Below are positions 61,073-64,000 of a DNA stretch of 64,000 nucleotides, one piece after another (position 1 is the first letter of the stretch; the number at the start of each line of letters is the position of its first letter). The notes under the pieces are model-generated. The model saw only the letters and a program-made list of their open reading frames with translations. It was not told the origin of the DNA and did no database searches. Source of the stretch: Styela clava (lineage: Eukaryota); assembly GCF_964204865.1 (NCBI RefSeq), contig NC_135263.1:19468001-19532000 (forward strand), written 5' to 3'. The position numbers and the translations under genes are program-made.

Positions 61073-64000
61073 GTAGGGAAGGTACTTATGAATTTATTAT
61101 TATTTTTTATTCCTCTTACTCTAATGGAAGTTCCATGTGGACATTTTTCCATTCCATTCCATTTTTTGTGATGGATCTTTCAAGCGAATGGTGAAAAGGG
61201 AATTTTAAAAATCGAAACATAATTTTCTCCTGATTAAAGAAGTTATTCGTTGACTACTACGTTATTCCCTTGACTACTTTATTATAAACCAATTTATTTC
61301 AAGTTGTGAAATAAAGTACGCGAATTTACATAACATTCAATTGAAATCCAGTCAAATGTTGCGACCGAATATGCTTCAATGATATAATATTTTACGCAAG
61401 TTTATTCCCTCTCTTTCATCCTAAGGACGGTTTATTACTGCTGAAAATAATTTTTTTTGATCCTAAAGATTATTTGGTAAAAGTCATCGTGTGTCTTCTA
61501 ACATTCAAAAATTAAAGGCGAAGTAACGCAAGGTTTGACATGCACAGCTTAAACCAAAGAGTTTCTTAGCTAAGCCTTCAAGAGAAACGCGTTCTCGTTT
61601 TCTTTTAGTTTTTATTTAAAACTCGGTACAACGCGATGTCCCGTTTCGCCCTCGAAAAAAATCGATTTTTTGGAGGAAAACATGCAATGAAAGCGAGCGG
61701 CAGTTGGTGTAATGCATATCAGAGGTATTCGCAACGGACGGGTTGTAACAAAAAACGCCGTTACCAATTCTGTGCAAGTAATTACCACGGCTGCTGTTTA
61801 ACCCGTATTTCCAGAGGGAGTCGTTTTTATTACGACCGCCCTCGAAAGACCGAAAAATTGTGGAGAGGCATTATTAATGAGAAATATTATGTACTTCTTA
61901 TTACTGTCGTATCTATATGACTCTGCCGAGACATGTCATTGATCATCATAATGACAAACAAAAATAAATCCAGCAAATATTTCACAGAGTTTTCGTCATC
62001 TTTGTAAAATAGTGGAAAATAGACAGATTTATCGATGACATAGTTTATAAATAACAATCAGACGCAATGAAAATGCTTCCAGAAGGTCATCACAATATGA
62101 AGATTTCTTAAACGTCGCCTTCTGTAAATTGAATTGTACAATACCTAGCAAATTTGTTGCGGTTTGAAATACAGCAAAACATTTAGCCATAAACAGCAAT
62201 ATTTAGTTTTGTGGAAAAAAGCAAGATTTTTTTTTTCGTTTTTGACGATGGTCGAAATTCCCAATGATTGGTGATATGATGATTCTTTGTGACAGATTTC
62301 GAATATTGAAAAAATGAACTGGGCTTCCCTCCGTGTTATCTAAAAATTCAGTTATTTGTTTTCCGGCTTGTATGGCGACATTTTACAACTCCACAAGGTC
62401 CAAGGAGCCTGGCATACGGTAATAATTTCATCACACATGTGTGCCGGTGGCAAAGACGTCTGTTACGCGTTGATTTTTAGCTGATTTTCGTTAAGGCTCC
62501 AACAATATGGGTTTACCAATAACCAAGCTAAATGTAGCCGCGTTATCGCAACCTGTGATGCGTATTCCCATTTTGTACCTATTGTCCTATTTAACCGTTT
62601 GAGTGGGCTCGGTTTGTTTTTCTATTGTTAAATTCCGTGACAACCAGCTGTTGGGTCGCCTGATGTCGCGCGCATACTTATCATACAAGTGTTCTACACG
62701 TCGCTACGAGCCTGGGTTAGCCTATCTTTTATTAGAATACGATAAGGGCCTTTGAAGTACAAGAGAATAAAAAAGATTCACTGTGATCTTTTGTTTCCTA
62801 TTCTATTCGACATGCTTGTTGGGCAGCGTTGCCTTTAATCATTGACAAACACAGACTTCTGAACCGGCTATTGGTGGTCCTTGTACATGGTCTTGATAAG
62901 TAAATCACGAAAGACAAAAGAATGGTTTGGGCATTTCCAATACATATTTGGGTAAAAGTACCTTTGATTCACTTGACCTGTTACTTACATTGTACATTAC
63001 AGAATTACACACAGTAGAAGGTATACCTGAGTGTAATGAAGAGTATGGGCAATCATGTCCAATGAAATTAATGTGACTTGAAGTAAAATTACAAAAATCT
63101 CCCGGCTGATCAGGCGCACAATCGTATAAAAAAGCTTAAAATCACCTACCACCACGATTGTTATCGATTTTTCGTCCTTTATCGATTGGCGACTAAATCT
63201 GCCTTTTCGATGCATACCAATTACTTTTGCATATTCCTGAAAGGTATGTTATTCCTCTGCACCATAAGAAAAAAATGACATAAGTCCGGCCATGTTGCAA
63301 GCAAGTAACGTTAAGACTGCGCCGCAAAATCTTATTAAGCGGAGTGCCTACCAATAATACCATGTAAGAAGTAGTTTTCCCACTATTTTCTGCGTCAAAA
63401 TTTCAGTCGACTTTTAATTCTCACAAAGCAGGCGATCTTTTAAAACTTCGTTTCCTGGTCTAACGTACATGTCTGGCAAGGCTTAATTCAATTTCATAAC
63501 ATATACATTCCTCGGCCCATCGGCTAATTTTTAATTTCCGATACAAAAAAAACTAGAAATTGTTGCCAAAAGTTGTAAAAAGGTTAATTTCATTTTCCCC
63601 CTTTGAACTTATTTCAACTAATTACACGAAGGAGACACAATAAAAATTTAAAATACAATCGACCACTCATACAAAAGATCTTGAATATTAGTGCTGAACA
63701 AATCGGTGGCAAGTATTATTATAGGAAAACAAAATTCAAAACAAACGTTTTACGTGATAATTTTTAAATTTAATAGCATGTTAAATCTTGATTCATGCAA
63801 AAATGGTTTAAACCGATACCTACTGCAGAATGAGCTTAACAAAATTTCAGGATATTTTCTATATTTTGAACTCATTTTTTGTCGGCAATCGTGTGACCCG
63901 TGAGTGTCATTTTATGGAATGAGGCTTCGGTAGGATGACTTTATTCCGACTTTTTCTTGTTAAATTTTCCGTCAGAGAAGTTAGAAAGCGTCTCTCGTTA

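Noticed and set aside
59536-61194. Track ORF as a complete 552-aa protein
   Set aside because: It starts at TTG and reads through the splice donor at 61073; the tail after RLAG is intronic and the homeodomain is missing

Overview
Eukaryotic, AT-rich, intron-containing animal DNA with compact genes and dense MITEs. An invertebrate chordate such as an ascidian is my inference; the sequence alone does not prove it. Five host genes can be reconstructed by hand: a ZDHHC3/7-like palmitoyltransferase with an intronless CDS (+), a 9-exon TEPP/SPMIP8 homologue (-), a 3-exon CFAP90/C5orf49 homologue (+), a 15-exon DAT/NET-type SLC6 monoamine transporter (+), and the first coding exon of a ONECUT gene (+; homeodomain exon not found in the window). 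TEPP and CFAP90 are absent from the ORF track because their exons are short; they sit head to head. A complete, very young Ty3/Gypsy (Mag-like) LTR retrotransposon lies at 41247-45374, with identical 187-bp LTRs and a 5-bp TSD. It is the most unusual item: it has no tRNA primer-binding site, but a 14-nt PBS-position sequence perfectly complementary to its own LTR (candidate self-priming), and its RT motif is YLDN rather than YxDD. The rest is many hAT, Merlin-like and Tc1/pogo MITEs (several nested), a tRNA-derived SINE family, a local duplication, and a TE-poor stretch around ONECUT.
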